In this document: piece by piece, positions 11,358 to 24,888 of the stretch | Numbering within the stretch: position 1 is the stretch's first letter | How the letters are laid out: the number at the start of each line of letters is the position of its first letter | From: Octopus sinensis | Taxonomy: Eukaryota | Assembly: GCF_006345805.1 (NCBI RefSeq) | Contig: NC_042999.1 | Location: 148,614,001-148,678,000, forward strand | Direction: 5' to 3' | DNA length: 64,000 nt | Notes under the pieces: model-generated | Seen by the model: the letters and a program-made list of their open reading frames with translations, nothing else | Database searches by the model: none | Told to the model about the DNA's origin: nothing | Translations under genes and position numbers: made by a program

Positions 11358-11765
11358 CAAGGCTGGATTAAGACCTATAGAGGCCCTAAGCACTTAAAAG
11401 ATTTTGGTACTTGCATATATATTTAATTCAAAATATAAACAATAATAAACCATAAAAAAAATTTTTAGTTTTCAAAAGGAAATAAAACTAAAAGATGGAA
11501 AATAATGTTTATTTTTGTATATTTCTATTTTGTTTATGTTTGAAAAGTTTTCTCTTACTGTTTTTCAATTGCAAAATCTTTGATCAGATCCTCACTACGA
11601 CACCATGAACACTTTGAAGTTATATTTCCAATCATACAAATATCAGTTTAGCAAGTTTAAAGTGATTTCTTTTGTACTGTAGACCATTTACCATTTCTTT
11701 GGTGCATCCATTCTCTTGATGCCCTAAGCACATGCTTATTTTGCTAAATGATTAATCCAGAGCTA
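11358..11765. mobile_element. hAT (Tip100-like) MITE
   Basis: Ends CAAGGCTGGATTAA / TTAATCCAGAGCTA, subterminal gccctaagcac at both ends, TSD tgtggatg / tgtggaag. Confidence 0.7.
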
Positions 11766-12629
11766 TGTGGAAGCCAGGTGAACAGATCTTACATGTAATC
11801 TGAGAACCCAGCTTTGTCAAATATAGAGGTAGCTTTGCCTCAAGATTATGTGAGGGCATAATTATTTGAGGTATACTCAGTCAGTCATACTATAATCCAA
11901 TGATTAAGTAATTCTTTTCATTAAATAACTGAAACATTTGTTCATGAAACCTGACAAGACTCACTCTCATATGTAAATTAAATTGACAAACAAAGCAACC
12001 ATTTGAAAAGATCCTGATTCCGTCCCATAGCCTTTTCTGGATATTCTAACTACATTTTGAACCAATCAACAGCTGGACTACTGTCAGCAATCTGTTTCGG
12101 TAACTAAATGCTACCTCTCTCTCTCTCTCTCTCTATAAGAGTTTAATCTGCTGATTTGAGAATTTACAGTTTAAATGTGATAGCTGTAGCAATAAAAGCT
12201 ATATCAGAATCAGGTATTGGATTACCATTTCATCAGTGATGGCTAAAATTTATTGTAAGAAATATTGTAAGTAACTCCTTGTGTTTCATGGCAGAACACT
12301 TTATCACTTCCTTCCATGTGACTCAGGCCAGAAAGTTGCCAGAAGTAGATACCTAACAGAGAAATAAATTTGTTTTCTATTTATAGTTATGTCAGATAAT
12401 TTATAATTAAACACTTTGCTCTAATTACAGATGTTAAACAAAAATATTTTCTCCGGAGTAGTAATTGTTATGGATACTGTAAGTCATCAAGAGAACCTCA
12501 AGTCAGACCGGGGAACCATTGTAGTACCCGGGGCAAATTGTAAATGTAGAAGAACTTGTAGAGGTACACCAGTGCCAGGAAAAATAATGGATCTTTAATT
12601 TCACAAATTCATAAGTATATATAACTTGT

Positions 12630-13065
12630 GTAGGCACAGTGGTGTGGTTAAGAAGTTTGCTTCCCAACCAAGTGTTCTTGGGTTCAGTCCCACTGTGTGA
12701 CACCTTGGGCAAGTGCCTTCTGCTATAGCCCTGGGGTGACGAAAGCCTTGTGAGTGGATATGGTGGATGGGAATTGAAAGAAACCTATCGTACACACAGA
12801 TGTATGTACATGTTTGTGTGTGTAGCCTTGTCTTGACATTACATAATGGTTTTAAATCAGCATCATCTTTGTCGTTATCATCATCATCATCATCATCATG
12901 CATGTGAGGTTGTTCATTTTCAATCTTACCTGTCTAGCTATGGGAAAATATTACCTTTCTTGGAAACAGGTGAGGTCCTGTGAGAGGAAGGGCATCCAGC
13001 CATAGAAAATCTACCTCAACAAATTCCATCTGATCCATGCAAGCATGCAGAAGTGGAGATAATGA
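12630..13065 (+). mobile_element. SINE with family-A tRNA head and RTE-type tail
   Basis: A head, then a body with aatattacctt..ttggaaacagg, then tail ggaagggcatccagccatagaaaatc...catgcaagcatg. Confidence 0.75.
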
Positions 13066-13282
13066 TGACCTGTATTAAATTACTGCTCTGGTTTTAAGGT
13101 TTAAACCTTTTCTCTCATTTAGGTTTTTAGAGACTTTATTGTTTAACAGTTTCAATATTAAGTATGGACAAAGGGGCCTTCCATTCCTACTGTAATTGAC
13201 CACTTGATCTAATAGAGTAGCCAAATCTCCCTCACATCAAACTGTACCATCTGTAAGGTGACTGAAAGGATGTATTGGTTAA

Positions 13283-13502
13283 CCCTTCCGTTACCAACCC
13301 GGCTGAAACCGGCTCTGGCTCTGAGTACAAATGTTTTGTTTTCATAAGTTTTGAATTAAAATCTTCAACCAAACCTTAGTCACAATTTATGTTCCTAATA
13401 CTAGCTGAATGATAACCAAGTTATTTTACTAAATTCTTTGTTATATTTAAAGTAATTCAAAGAAACACAGAGCATCTCAAAATAAATACAGTAACGAAAG
13501 GG
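13283..13502 (+). mobile_element. TTAA-flanked piggyBac-like MITE, family 1
   Basis: TTAA|CCCTTCCGTTAC...GTAACGAAAGGG|TTAA, 220 bp. Copies at 26880, 27116, 44795 and 51503. Confidence 0.85.
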
Positions 13503-14190
13503 TTAATATAGTTTTATTATATACACAATGTTCCAAAACAGACAGGAATATAAAAGGCTAGAATCCCTCAAAGAAGTCTGCCCAATCAGGATTGCTGTAG
13601 CTTTAGGTCTTTCTGTGCTGCTCAGTGCATTAGGCTGACCAAGGGTTAAATAACAAGAACTATAAGCAGCTGTGTGGTTTTGAAAGGGTTAATAGTTAAA
13701 GTAATGAATAGTATTTCCATTATATGTAGTTACTGCTCTAACTTTAATTCCTAGAATTATCTCAGTAGCCTTTGTTACATCACAAGTACAACCAGCAGCT
13801 GCGGACTTGAAATAGAAAAACATAATAAAACTTTCTGACAAAGCTATGTTATCAACACCTATTTCGTTAGCCATGATTTTAATTCAAGGATTTTGTTGTT
13901 TATCCACTTTTGCTTCAGATGAAAACAATTCCTGTTTAAATAGGCTCCATTGCACAAAACATTCTGCTTCCATTCTTATTTCCTGTAAGTCTTAGCTACT
14001 TTCTATCTTCAAACTATTCTTAGAGCTAGCTGTCAGTATAATCTTAACCTAATTCAGTGAGTTTTGTTTTTGCTAGCTTTTTTTTTCTTTTTTCTCCCAC
14101 CTTTTCGGCTACTTTTCGGCTCAGATCACACAACCTGCAATCTTGTGGTTTCAAACATGATAATTGTTTGGATTAAATTACAATATCTTC

Positions 14191-14242
14191 TACCTGTTCT
14201 GTATTTTAACTGACCTTAGACAGTTAAAATACAGAACAGGTA
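14191..14242. repeat. Perfect 22-bp inverted repeat with 8-nt loop
   Basis: tacctgttctgtattttaactg - accttaga - cagttaaaatacagaacaggta. Confidence 0.95.
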
Positions 14243-14724
14243 CTCTTTTACTTGTTTCAGTCATTTGACTGTGGCCATGCTGGAGCACCGTTGAAGATGA
14301 AATAATTAAGCAGAAACTTAAAGAAAGTCACAATCATCATCACCTTATTTATGTTCATTTTACCACATTTCATGAGTTGGACTAGTTTACAATGATGTAA
14401 GTATACTGTTTACTTTAGTCAGACTGGTGTCTTCATCATGATTCTTGCTTCTTAAGGTGTCTTGTGTTGAACTTGTTTGTTGTATTGGAATTTTTAACCT
14501 AACTCTTTATTTGATCTATGGGGGTAAACTGTTCTAATTATGTTGTAATAATACACATCTCTCTAGATACCTACTTGTGTAGAATATTTGATTATCTATT
14601 TAGTGATTCTTTCATCATTATTCAGGCAAGTATCAGTGAAGCATGAACTTCACAGATACAGTAATAAGAAGAATGAAACATTTCAGAGTTGTTTCCTGTA
14701 ATTAGTAAAATAATCAAAACAATG

Positions 14725-15150
14725 CTAGGTACAGTCATGGTCATGTAGTTAATAAGCTTGCTTCCCAACTGTGTGATTTCAAGTTCAGTTCTACTGCCTG
14801 ACATCCTGAGTAGGTGCCTTCTACCATAATCTCAGGCCAACCCAAGCCTTTTGAGTGGATTTGGTAGACAAAAACTGAAAGAAGCTAGTTGTGTATGTGT
14901 GCGTGTATAAATGTATCTATATTTGTATGTGTTTCCTGGTCTTGACATCAAGTGATGGTTCAAAATGTGTGTCACCATCTTACAACTGATGTCATTAATT
15001 TCCGATATCCTGGAAAAACATGTCTGGTCACAGGGAAATATTACCTTGCTTGGAAACAAGTAAGGGTAGGCAACGGGAAGGAGTGTCTGACCATAGAAAA
15101 TCTGCCTCAATGAATTATGATTGACTCATGTAAAGTGAACATGATGATGA
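14725..15150 (+). mobile_element. SINE with family-A head and RTE-type tail (older copy)
   Basis: Same layout as 12630-13065. Confidence 0.7.
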
Positions 15151-16211
15151 TGGTAACTGAGCTGTGTTTTCCAGCAAGTATTTCTAATTAGAATTTTTCA
15201 ATGTTCACGACATTACATATGTTAAAACTAACTTATTGATTTTCGGTGCTTTTTAAAATTTTTTTACTTTTTTTTTTCATGTAGATGATGTCGCTGAGTA
15301 ATTAACCTCAACGATTTACTCTTTTTAATCTTTGCATCTTAATTTTGCACAATATCATATATGAGGCTCAATATTCTACGTTGACAGTTCAGAGATCAAA
15401 TAGATGTTTCATCATTGTTTCAGTATAGAATGTTATATAGTTGCAATCTCAGTAAATAAAACAAAAATTCTCTATTGTTGATACAATTATGTTACTCTTT
15501 CTTTTACTAGTTTCAGTCATTGAATTTTATGAATAATTAGATTTTTTTTTTTTTAATAGATAATTATATAATTAAGCTTTTATTACTTTTTTTTTCCTGA
15601 GTATTAAACTGGAATTGATTGAATACATTTTTATGTATGTTTGTAAATTAAGTATGGACACACTTTCAGGACATGAAAGAAAATAAAACTCAAGTTCTAG
15701 ACCTTTATTTTTATTCATTTTTGTGTGACCTCTGTATCAAAGAGACTATGTAGATAAAACTAAAACGTGCTAGCAAATATTTATGCATATTAAAAGATAT
15801 ACATAAAAGTTCATTATTATCAAGTTCATCTTCTCATTTATATGAAAGATTCTCTCGCCGAAGACAATATGTAAGTGTTCAGGAAGGAAACAGGGAATGG
15901 ATATGAGAATGAACATGACTTATAACCAAATAGATAATCAACAACACACTAGCATTACTATTACTACTATTCACCAATGTTTACAATTCATTCACTTCAC
16001 CTGGTGACTCTTCAGGTCCTCAGGCCACCAAAAGCAATATGGATATGAGAATGAACATGACTTATTTAAACCAGCATGTGGTCTGATAAATCACAATGTG
16101 GACAATAATGGTTTACCGGAAGACTGTTCTGTTGGTTCCTTTTCTTATTTTCCCATAACTCCTCTTGACAAAGCACCCTTTGAGCTTATATTATACTATA
16201 CAAATCTCTCT

Positions 16212-16620
16212 CTCTTTTACTCTTTTACTTGTTTCAGTCAGTTGACTGTGGCCATGCTGGAGCACTGCCTTTAGTCGAGGAACTCAACCCTGGGACTTAT
16301 TCTTTGTAATCCCAGTACTTATTCTATCGGTCTCTTTTGCCGAACCGCTAAGTGACGGGGACATAAACACACCAGCATCGGTTGTTAAGCAATGCTAGGG
16401 GGACAAACACAGACACACAAACATACACGCACACACACATATATATATATATATACATATATACGACGGGCTTCTTCTGTCTACCAAATCCACTCACAAG
16501 ACTTTGGTCGGCCTGAGGCTATAGTAGAAGACACTTGCCCAAGGTGCCACGCAGTGGGACTGAACCCGGAACCTTGTGGTTGGTAAGTAAGCTACTTACC
16601 ACACAGCCACTCCTGCGCCT
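16212..16620 (-). mobile_element. Full-length SINE, family A
   Basis: Head ggcgcaggagtggctgtgtggtaag, central (TA/CA)n, tail (aaaagagt)n. Confidence 0.9.
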
Positions 16621-18355
16621 ATTTAAAAAAAAAAATTTACCAAGATGAAAAGATAATCATCTATATCTTAGAAGGAGAGAGAATTATTTTTAGAGAAATG
16701 GTGAGAGTGATTTAATCTCAGGGTTTCACTGGTATTTAATTTAACCATCTGAGAGAAATGAAAGGAAAAGGCAACCATGATGTGAAACTAATTCAAGTTA
16801 TTTAGAAAATTACTAAAATTGGTAAGGAAATAACTTAAATCAGTTATATTTGCATAATTCTGGTAAGTGGTGATGTACTGAATGATGGACACGCAAAGAT
16901 TTTTGGTGAACTGAAATTTGCTTCTTAGTTGGAGAAAAAAGCAAAAAAAAAAAAAATCCAGAAGAATTTGGTAGCAACTTTTAAAGAGGAGATAATTCAT
17001 GAAACCAATTTTACCCAAAAAAAAGGCTTTAATTTTCATACCTATGGGAAGGGAAAATGAATAATTGTTGGCAGGCAAAGTAAGAACTACAGACTTATTT
17101 CAGCCTCATTAGACCCCATCAACACACCATGAATGAGTTACTCAAGTCTGCTTTGATCAGTTTGCAAAAGTGTTGGGGTTTTTTTTTTTGGGGGGGGGGG
17201 GGGTTAACAAGTATTACAAAGACTTTCTGGTTGGTATAATTTGCATCATTTCAAAAAAAAAATTAACTAAGTGGAAGTAACTCAAATGGATAAATGGCAT
17301 GAACCATACATGTAGGTGGAGATGTACTAAATGATATATACAAAACAAAAAATGGAATAAAATAAAAAAAATCTCGACAAATTGAAATTTGCTTTCTGAT
17401 TTGAGAAAGGAAGCAAGAATTTAATAATAAGTGTTAGTGACGTGCCATATTTTGTACATGTCAATTAAGACAACAGCACCTTCCCACTTAAATACAAAAT
17501 ATTGAAAAAAAATATCTAGTTTGGTACTCTGCCATTTCTGTTGATTTACTGCGATTTTTGAGATGTCAAATAATATTTACATGTGAATATGTGTTCACAT
17601 GTAAATATGTATGTATTCATGGTCATAAGTGACTATGTTCCATACACCAATTGCTGGATGTATGAGATTTTTTTCCAAAAACTAGGATTGGCTTAATTTT
17701 TTTTAGTTTTTTTTTTTTTTTTCGCGGAGGTCAAGTGACAGAATCACATGAGAGCAGAAAGTGAAGCTTACAAGTATTCCGTTGCTTACATATTCAAACA
17801 ACTTGTTTGTTAAATATGTCATTGGTTGTTTACAAGATTTGTTTCAGTTAAGAAGCTATCAGCCATATGCTACAGCCATCTGTTCTGCTTGTGAGTTATC
17901 ATGCTGTAATTCAGACTGGTGATTTATCTGATACGAGAGAGACAGAGACCGAGATGTTAACTACCAACTAACTACTATACTTTACTTTTAACCCTCAACC
18001 TAAACGGGATAATAATATTTATTAGTGAAGAATCTTATGTCAACTGTTCTATTTAATAGAACATGCAATTCAGGTGTATATCAATGATAATTCACATTTA
18101 TAGCAGTAAGAAGGAAATACAGAGAGAGGTGGGAGGTAAGAGGTAGAACTATATCTATCTTAGATATTGTTGACCAGTAACAGGTCAGCCTTGTTTCGAC
18201 AGACACAACCATCCTCTTTTTTTTTTTTTTTGTTCAAACATATCATAGCCATCACTTACAAGCAAGTATGATTAGGTAGTTGGTACTTTTTGGCTATCTC
18301 ACCCCCATTGAAAAATTTCTATTAAAAAACTGGGTTATCTCCCCACTAAAATATT

Positions 18356-18593
18356 TATGTCTTTATTGCCCACAGGGGGCTAAACATAGAGGGGACAAAC
18401 AAGAACTGACAAAAGGATTAAGTTGATTACATTGACTCCAGTGCATAACTGGTACTTATTTAACTGACCCCGAAAGGATGAAAGACAACGTCAACCTCGG
18501 CGGAATTAGAACTTAGAACATAACAGCAGACAAAATACCACTAAGCATTTCGCCTGGCATGCTAATGTTTCCACCAGTTCACCACCTTGTCCT
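18356..18593 (-). mobile_element. SINE family B with 12-bp TSD
   Basis: TSD cactaaaatatt at 18344-18355 and 18594-18605. Confidence 0.85.
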
Positions 18594-19749
18594 CACTAAA
18601 ATATTGAGTTTATGTGGCGACAAGAGATTGAATTAAAGGGGTTAGATAATTTTGATTCAATACTTCAACATATTGTTGATGTTTGGCCTCCTCAATCGGC
18701 ATGGAATGATTTGTTATAAAAATATTATTAGAATCAATAAGATGTTTAATTTTTTCAGTTTTGTATGATTTGTTATAAAAATGTTATCAGATTCAATAAG
18801 ACATTTAATCTTTTCACGGTTCATATTTATAAAGCTTTTCATTTTTTTTTTTTGTTTTATACAGGGTTAAACAATTTTTTTAGTTGGGGGAGATAACCAA
18901 AAAGTACCTATATTGTTTTTGGAGTCTCTGTAGCAATGATGAACAAACACAGACACACTCTCGAGCAACCCTCAACTTCAACTGAACACCAATGATATGA
19001 GAACTGTAGCTGAGTAGATTGGTGCAATACAAAATAAAGTACCTTGTTCAAGGACACAATACATCATCTGGGATTGAACCCACATCTTTACAATCATTAA
19101 CTCAACATCCTAACCACTATACCACATGCCTTCACATAATTACACAATGTCTAAATGATTGAGATGAATGATTTTTTTTTTATTATTTACTAGTTTCAGT
19201 GACTGGAGTGTGGCCATGCTGGGTTTTAGCTTAACACTGCCTTGAAAAATTTTAATTGAACAAATCAACTGCAGTACTCATGTTTTTTTTTTAAGTATGG
19301 TAATTATTCTGTTAGTTTCTTTTGTTAAACTGCTAAGTTATGGGACATAAACAAACCAACACCAGTTGTCAAGTGGTGATACAAAGACACACATACACAC
19401 ACAACTGACTACCAACACTATGGAATGTAGGTTGAATGCTGGAGCCCAATTTACAGATTCATATGCTATGATGAAGTTTAAGGGAGACAGAGATGTTATT
19501 TTTAGCAAGTCAAGCAACTGTGTAAAGACTTTCTCACCGGTACATAACAACTAGTATGATTCCACTTGGTACCAAGTGAAAACCAATGATACACAATTTG
19601 TTTTTGTAGAGAGAGAGAGAAAGTACCTATGTGTTTGCGTGAACTGACAGAAATAACAAATCTCTTTCAAATCCCAACCTACCAACTTAAAAATGGAAAG
19701 GCAAGGTGGATAATGCATTCCTGGGTATACATACATATATGCATATCAT

Positions 19750-20467
19750 TTCACATATGCTTTCCATGCTTGTTGGAGCCTCATGTTTCAAGTCGGTCCT
19801 TATTCAGAATTACTGCCCTCCTAGATTGATCAGAGGACTAAGCCTCACCTGTACATCACATTTTTGACATGGATTCTATAACTGAGTCCCCCTACATCTT
19901 TTGTGTATCAGTACTTTTCACTGGTATACTGAATGACATTTCTACTTATTTCTTTTTTGCATATTAAATACAGCTGTTTCTATGACAGTAGCAGAGTCTT
20001 GTTTTCGTATTTTCCTACTAAAACTTTAGTCTTTTCTAAGTCTACTTTGAGGCCTCTTCAATCTAGACTTTTGTTTCCAGGTCTGGAATGTTTTCTGTAA
20101 ATCTTCTACAAATCCTGCTATGATAACCAAGTCATCAGCATACAGAAGTTCCCACAAGCAGCTTTTCTAAAACTTGTTTGTTTTGGCCTGGAGGAATATA
20201 ATACATAAGAGGGGATGAGGACAAAACTTGATGGATCATTAAGTACTTACTCTCTCTCTCTCTCTTTTATTTGTTTCAGTCATTTGACTGCAGCCATGCT
20301 GGAGCACTGCCTTTAGTCAAGCAAACTGACCCCAGGACTTATTCTTTGTAAGTCTAGTACTTATTCTATCGGTCTCTTTTGCTGAACCGTTAAGTTACGG
20401 GGATGTAAACACGCCAACATCGGTTGTGAAGCGATGTTGGGGGACAAACACAGACACACAAACATAT

Positions 20468-20500
<33 letters not shown>

Positions 20501-21320
20501 AATATTCACATATTCAACAGGCTTCTTTCAGTTTCCATCTACCAAATCCACTCACAAGGCTTTGGTCAGCCCGAGGCTATAGTAGTAGACACTTGCCCAA
20601 GGTGCTACACGGTGGGATTGAACCCGGAACCATGTGGTTAGTAAGCAAACTACTTACCACACAGCCACTCCTGTGCCTATTATTAATTTTATCGTTGAAC
20701 TTAGAACTGACTTTCAGTTTACTGGTTTCACTTCTGTACATAACTTCTAGGAATATCATGCTTTTCATCTACCTCTAGATTCCTTACTGACCACTAGATT
20801 ACAAAAGACGGAATTCAGTCAAAGACTTTCTCCAAGCTGATTACTAGTAGGTATAGAGTCTTAATTCTAGCTAAGTGCTCACCAGGAATATGTTATCAAT
20901 CACACTCCTTTTTGGCAAAAAGCCAAACAGCATTTCATCTACTCTGATTCTCTGTCTAATCAGTCGTTCTATAACTGTTTCATGCCCCGTTCCAAATGTT
21001 TGCAATCTCTGTAATTGACTCTCACCATTTACCTTTGTAGCAGTTGACAATGATATTGCTATGCCAGTCACTGAATACATCTTCCTGTACAATGTGACTT
21101 TTCATGTGTCCTACTTCAGATATTTTAAGTATCTCAGTTGTTATCCTAGATGAACTAGCTATCATCCCTATTTGCAAATCCTTAATTGGATGTATAAACA
21201 AACTGCTGTCTACTTGAAAAGGATGGTCAGTCAACTTACATGAGAATCTCTTCTCCCATGAAACCACACTATTAAAAACTTTGTTGCATGAAGACTAATA
21301 CTTTCACATCTGCACATGCC
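19750..21320 (-). pseudogene. Decayed RTE-clade reverse transcriptase, interrupted by a SINE
   Basis: DW.SNIIVNCYKGK, IRVDEMLFGFLPKRS..DNIFLV, and SSPLM...LWELLYADDLVIIA...GLKVDLEKTKVL. Confidence 0.85.
20261..20678 (-). mobile_element. Full-length SINE family A nested in the RTE relic
   Basis: Complete head-to-tail match to the other A copies. Confidence 0.9.
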
Positions 21321-21728
21321 CTCTTAACATTTGATGCTAAGTCCTACATATTAGGGCAAAAATGACCTGTATACAGCAATCAACAAATAGAACAAACCTT
21401 TAAAATCCAGTTTTACAAACACCATCTATTACTTTCACTTTCAACAATACAAGAAATATAGATGTCTAGCAAAAAGTTATTGTGCAGGAATACCAGCATG
21501 GCCATGGTTGAAGTTAGTAAAAAAAGCATATATCTAGATATCATATAGTAGAATTTATTCATGAGTTCAGAGATGATGACTCAGTGAAATTGCTACTCAG
21601 AGTTTCTTGTTATGTGTAATACTTCAGACTATAAAAAGATGGTTTATCTTTTTGATTCCTGGAGGATCAACATAGCAAGAATCTAAGTAATAATGGAGTG
21701 AATCATCAAGTGTGTGTGTGTGTGTGTG

Positions 21729-21761
<33 letters not shown>

Positions 21762-23185
21762 TACATAAATGTGTACACAGCTCTGAATTAGCATATTCAT
21801 CAACTGACCTTGTTTAAAGAGAACTATTAAGCATAACCAATCTATTGTGCATCAGAGATAAACAGAACTAGTATCAATAGGGCAAGCTCCCCTTGAAGAG
21901 TGTACTTCCAGCTGTTTATATGGTGCTGATAATAGTGATAAATATCGCTTCTATGAATATACAACTATCTCAGCTTGATCAATGATCAGATAGCTATAGT
22001 AAAGTTTTGACAGGGAGGGGAAAAAAAGAGGAAATTGTGTGAAAGTGGGAGAATGAGAGGGTAAAAACAACAATTAGAGATCCACTGCCTTTATAGTGTA
22101 GATGTAAAAACTAATTATAATGACACACTGTCTCAAAGTAACAGGAATTGAACAGTAATGTTTTGAGAAAACAATGAACACAAAAGTATAAATAATCACT
22201 TGGGAAAATTCAGAGGAAGTCTTTTAGTGCATAACCGGATCTTTCACATGTATAAAAGGAGGTAAGCAGTTTTTATAAATGATATGAGAACACATGCAGA
22301 GTTAGGGGATGAAGGGAAATGTCCATCCTAGGTCTGAAGGATTAATGCCTGGGTATCTGCAAGACAATGGCTGCAGATAAAAAACAGCAACAACAATAAC
22401 AAAAAAAAACAACAAAAGACAGAAATAAAAAAGGCAAATATAAATGGTGGTGAAACCATACATATTCTTTGAATGCTTACAACACAAAGGCCCCAAAGAC
22501 CAAACAGTGGAGTGAAACTGGGCATTGTGTTAAGTTCAATCTCTTTTGTTTGTTTTTTAAAATATCATTGAAGTTTTTGTGTTATCACACGACAATGGTT
22601 GTAAAGGTGATCAAATTGTTTATGTTTTTTAACAGTTAGATACATTTTTTTCTTTGTGCTGTGAGGTAGGAATAATGTTAGTTTTCCACTAGTCAAACTG
22701 GGTGAAGTAAAATAATGTCTTTTCTGAAGAGTCAACACATGCTAACTTTACTTAAGATTACTAAATAATCCAATCAAAGCAATGTTTTATAGCTCTGGAT
22801 CAGTTCAGGTAATGAGATTGGAAGCAGATAAAAGTTGGAAGCTTTGAAGAAAGAGAAAGCTAGGAGTTACTATGTGAAAGTGATAATGGATAAAAAGAAC
22901 TGTAACAGTTAGGGAGAGTCACACTAACTAGAAAGCCTATCAAACTGTTGTTCACTTAAGTTGTTGGTTATATTCTGCAATTGTTTCAATGAGTTTGAAG
23001 TCTTATTAGGGAATTCCTGGGAACATAAGCAAAAACTTAAATGAACCACAACCAGTGAGTGTGTTCAAGGCTTCTTTAGGGTGGGTCTCCCAAAATATAA
23101 CAATATTAGTTTCAAAAGTTTCAAATGAAAATTTTTGCAAAACAAATTCAAAAAACTAACAAATTTATGTTTATGTTATTATATA

Positions 23186-23560
23186 TTTCTTTACTGCCCC
23201 CAGGGGGCTAAACATAGAGGGGACAAACAAGGACAGACAAAGGGATTAAGGCGATTACATCGACCCCAGTGCGAAACTGGTACTTTATTTATCGACCCCC
23301 GAAAGGATGAAAGGCAAAGTTGACCTTGGCGGAATTTGAACTCAGAACGTAACAACAGACGAAATACCGCTAAGCATTTCACCCGGCGCGCAAACGTTTC
23401 TGCCAGCTCGCCGCATGATATTTATGTTATTATAGGTGTAGGTGTGCTGTGTGGTATGACACTTGCTTCCCAACCACATGGTTCCAGGTTCAGTCTCACT
23501 GCATGGTACCTTGGGCAAGTGTCTTCTACTATAGCCTCAGGCGGACCAAAGCCTTGTGAG
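23186..23560. mobile_element. SINE B (minus, 23186-23413) next to a SINE A head (plus, 23437-23560)
   Basis: Direct similarity to the B and A copies elsewhere in the window. Confidence 0.85.
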
Positions 23561-24078
23561 GGAATTTCCAAGTAAATTATTTCCCTCTAAATCAACCATT
23601 ATTACTGGAATTTGTCGGAGCTTTCTGGCATTAAACAACTGAGAGGCATCCCTTCTCTTGGATACAATTACAATCTGAAGTTGATCTCAAGTTTTGACCA
23701 GGTGAATATTTGACCGTAACTTACAATTATTTTTCTTGTAATTTATTTCAAATTTATTACCAACATATTTTTATAGGAAGAAAAAGAAAAACCATTAAAA
23801 GTATAAAAGATCATATTATTAAGAAAAACCCCTATAACTACCATACCAAGGAAACTAAGAAAAAAGAGGGGGTGGAATTAAGCAGCAGAAAATGTAGGTA
23901 GAAGGAGTAACAAATGGCGTGTTCAGCTGCACCTTATGGGCATGATTGCAAAGGTGTTGCCAGAGAAAATGGCCAGAAACACCCACCTTGCAGGGCTCAT
24001 TTCTTAAACTTATAAACTGTAAACACTTAACAAGTACAAAGTCTCTGTTGCTTATTTATATTTTTTAGAATATATATT

Positions 24079-24448
24079 GTGAAGGCAAAATGGCCCGGTG
24101 GCTAGGGAAGCAGACTCACAGTTGTAGGATTGCAGTTTCAATTCCCAGACCAGGCGATGTGAGTGTTTATTGAGCGAAAACACCTCAAGCTCCATGAGGC
24201 TCTGGCAGGGGGTGGGGATGGGGAACCTTGCTGTACGCTTTTACCACATATTTCTCTCACCCTTTCTTCCTGTTTCTGTGTATCTGTATTTCAAAGGGCC
24301 AGCCTTGTTACACTCTGTGTCACGCTGAATCTCCCCCCAGAACTACATTAAGGGTATATGTGTCTGTGGAGTGCTCAGCCACTTACATGTTAATTTCATG
24401 AGCAGGCTGTTCCGTCGATTGGATGAACTGGAACCTCGTCGTCATAAC
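24079..24448 (+). mobile_element. SINE family C, long-tail variant
   Basis: tRNA-like head tggcccggtggctaggg...gtttcaattccc, tail ctggaacctcgtcgtcataac. Confidence 0.8.
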
Positions 24449-24599
24449 AATAGCATCATTGGGTATAAGTTTCTATAGGGCCAATCACTGCTACATTGCA
24501 TTTTCAAAAGTGAGAATGAGAAGGGAGAGTCTAACTTGAAGAACACCAATTTTTCTAGATTCACTACTATGTTTATAATGTTTTACTAATACACATGGT

Positions 24600-24888
24600 C
24601 GATACCAGGCCCGACTGACTGGTTCCTGTGCCAGTGGCACGTAAAAAGGACTATCCAAATGTGATCGATGCTAGGGCCACCTGACTGGCTCCTGTGCCGG
24701 TGGCACATAAAAAGCATCCACTACACTCTTGGAGTAGTTGGCGTTAGGAAGGGCATCCAGCTGTAGAAACATTGCCATATCAGATTGGAGCCTGGAGCAG
24801 CCACTGGCTTTCCAGACCTCAGTCAAACCATCCAACTCCTGCCAGCATGGAAAAAGGATGTTAAACAATGATGATGATACTCCACACA
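24600..24888 (+). mobile_element. RTE-type 3' tail element
   Basis: Duplicated gtgcc(a/g)gtggcac(g/a)taaaaag module, then ggcgttaggaagggcatccagctgtag...atgatgatg. Confidence 0.8.
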
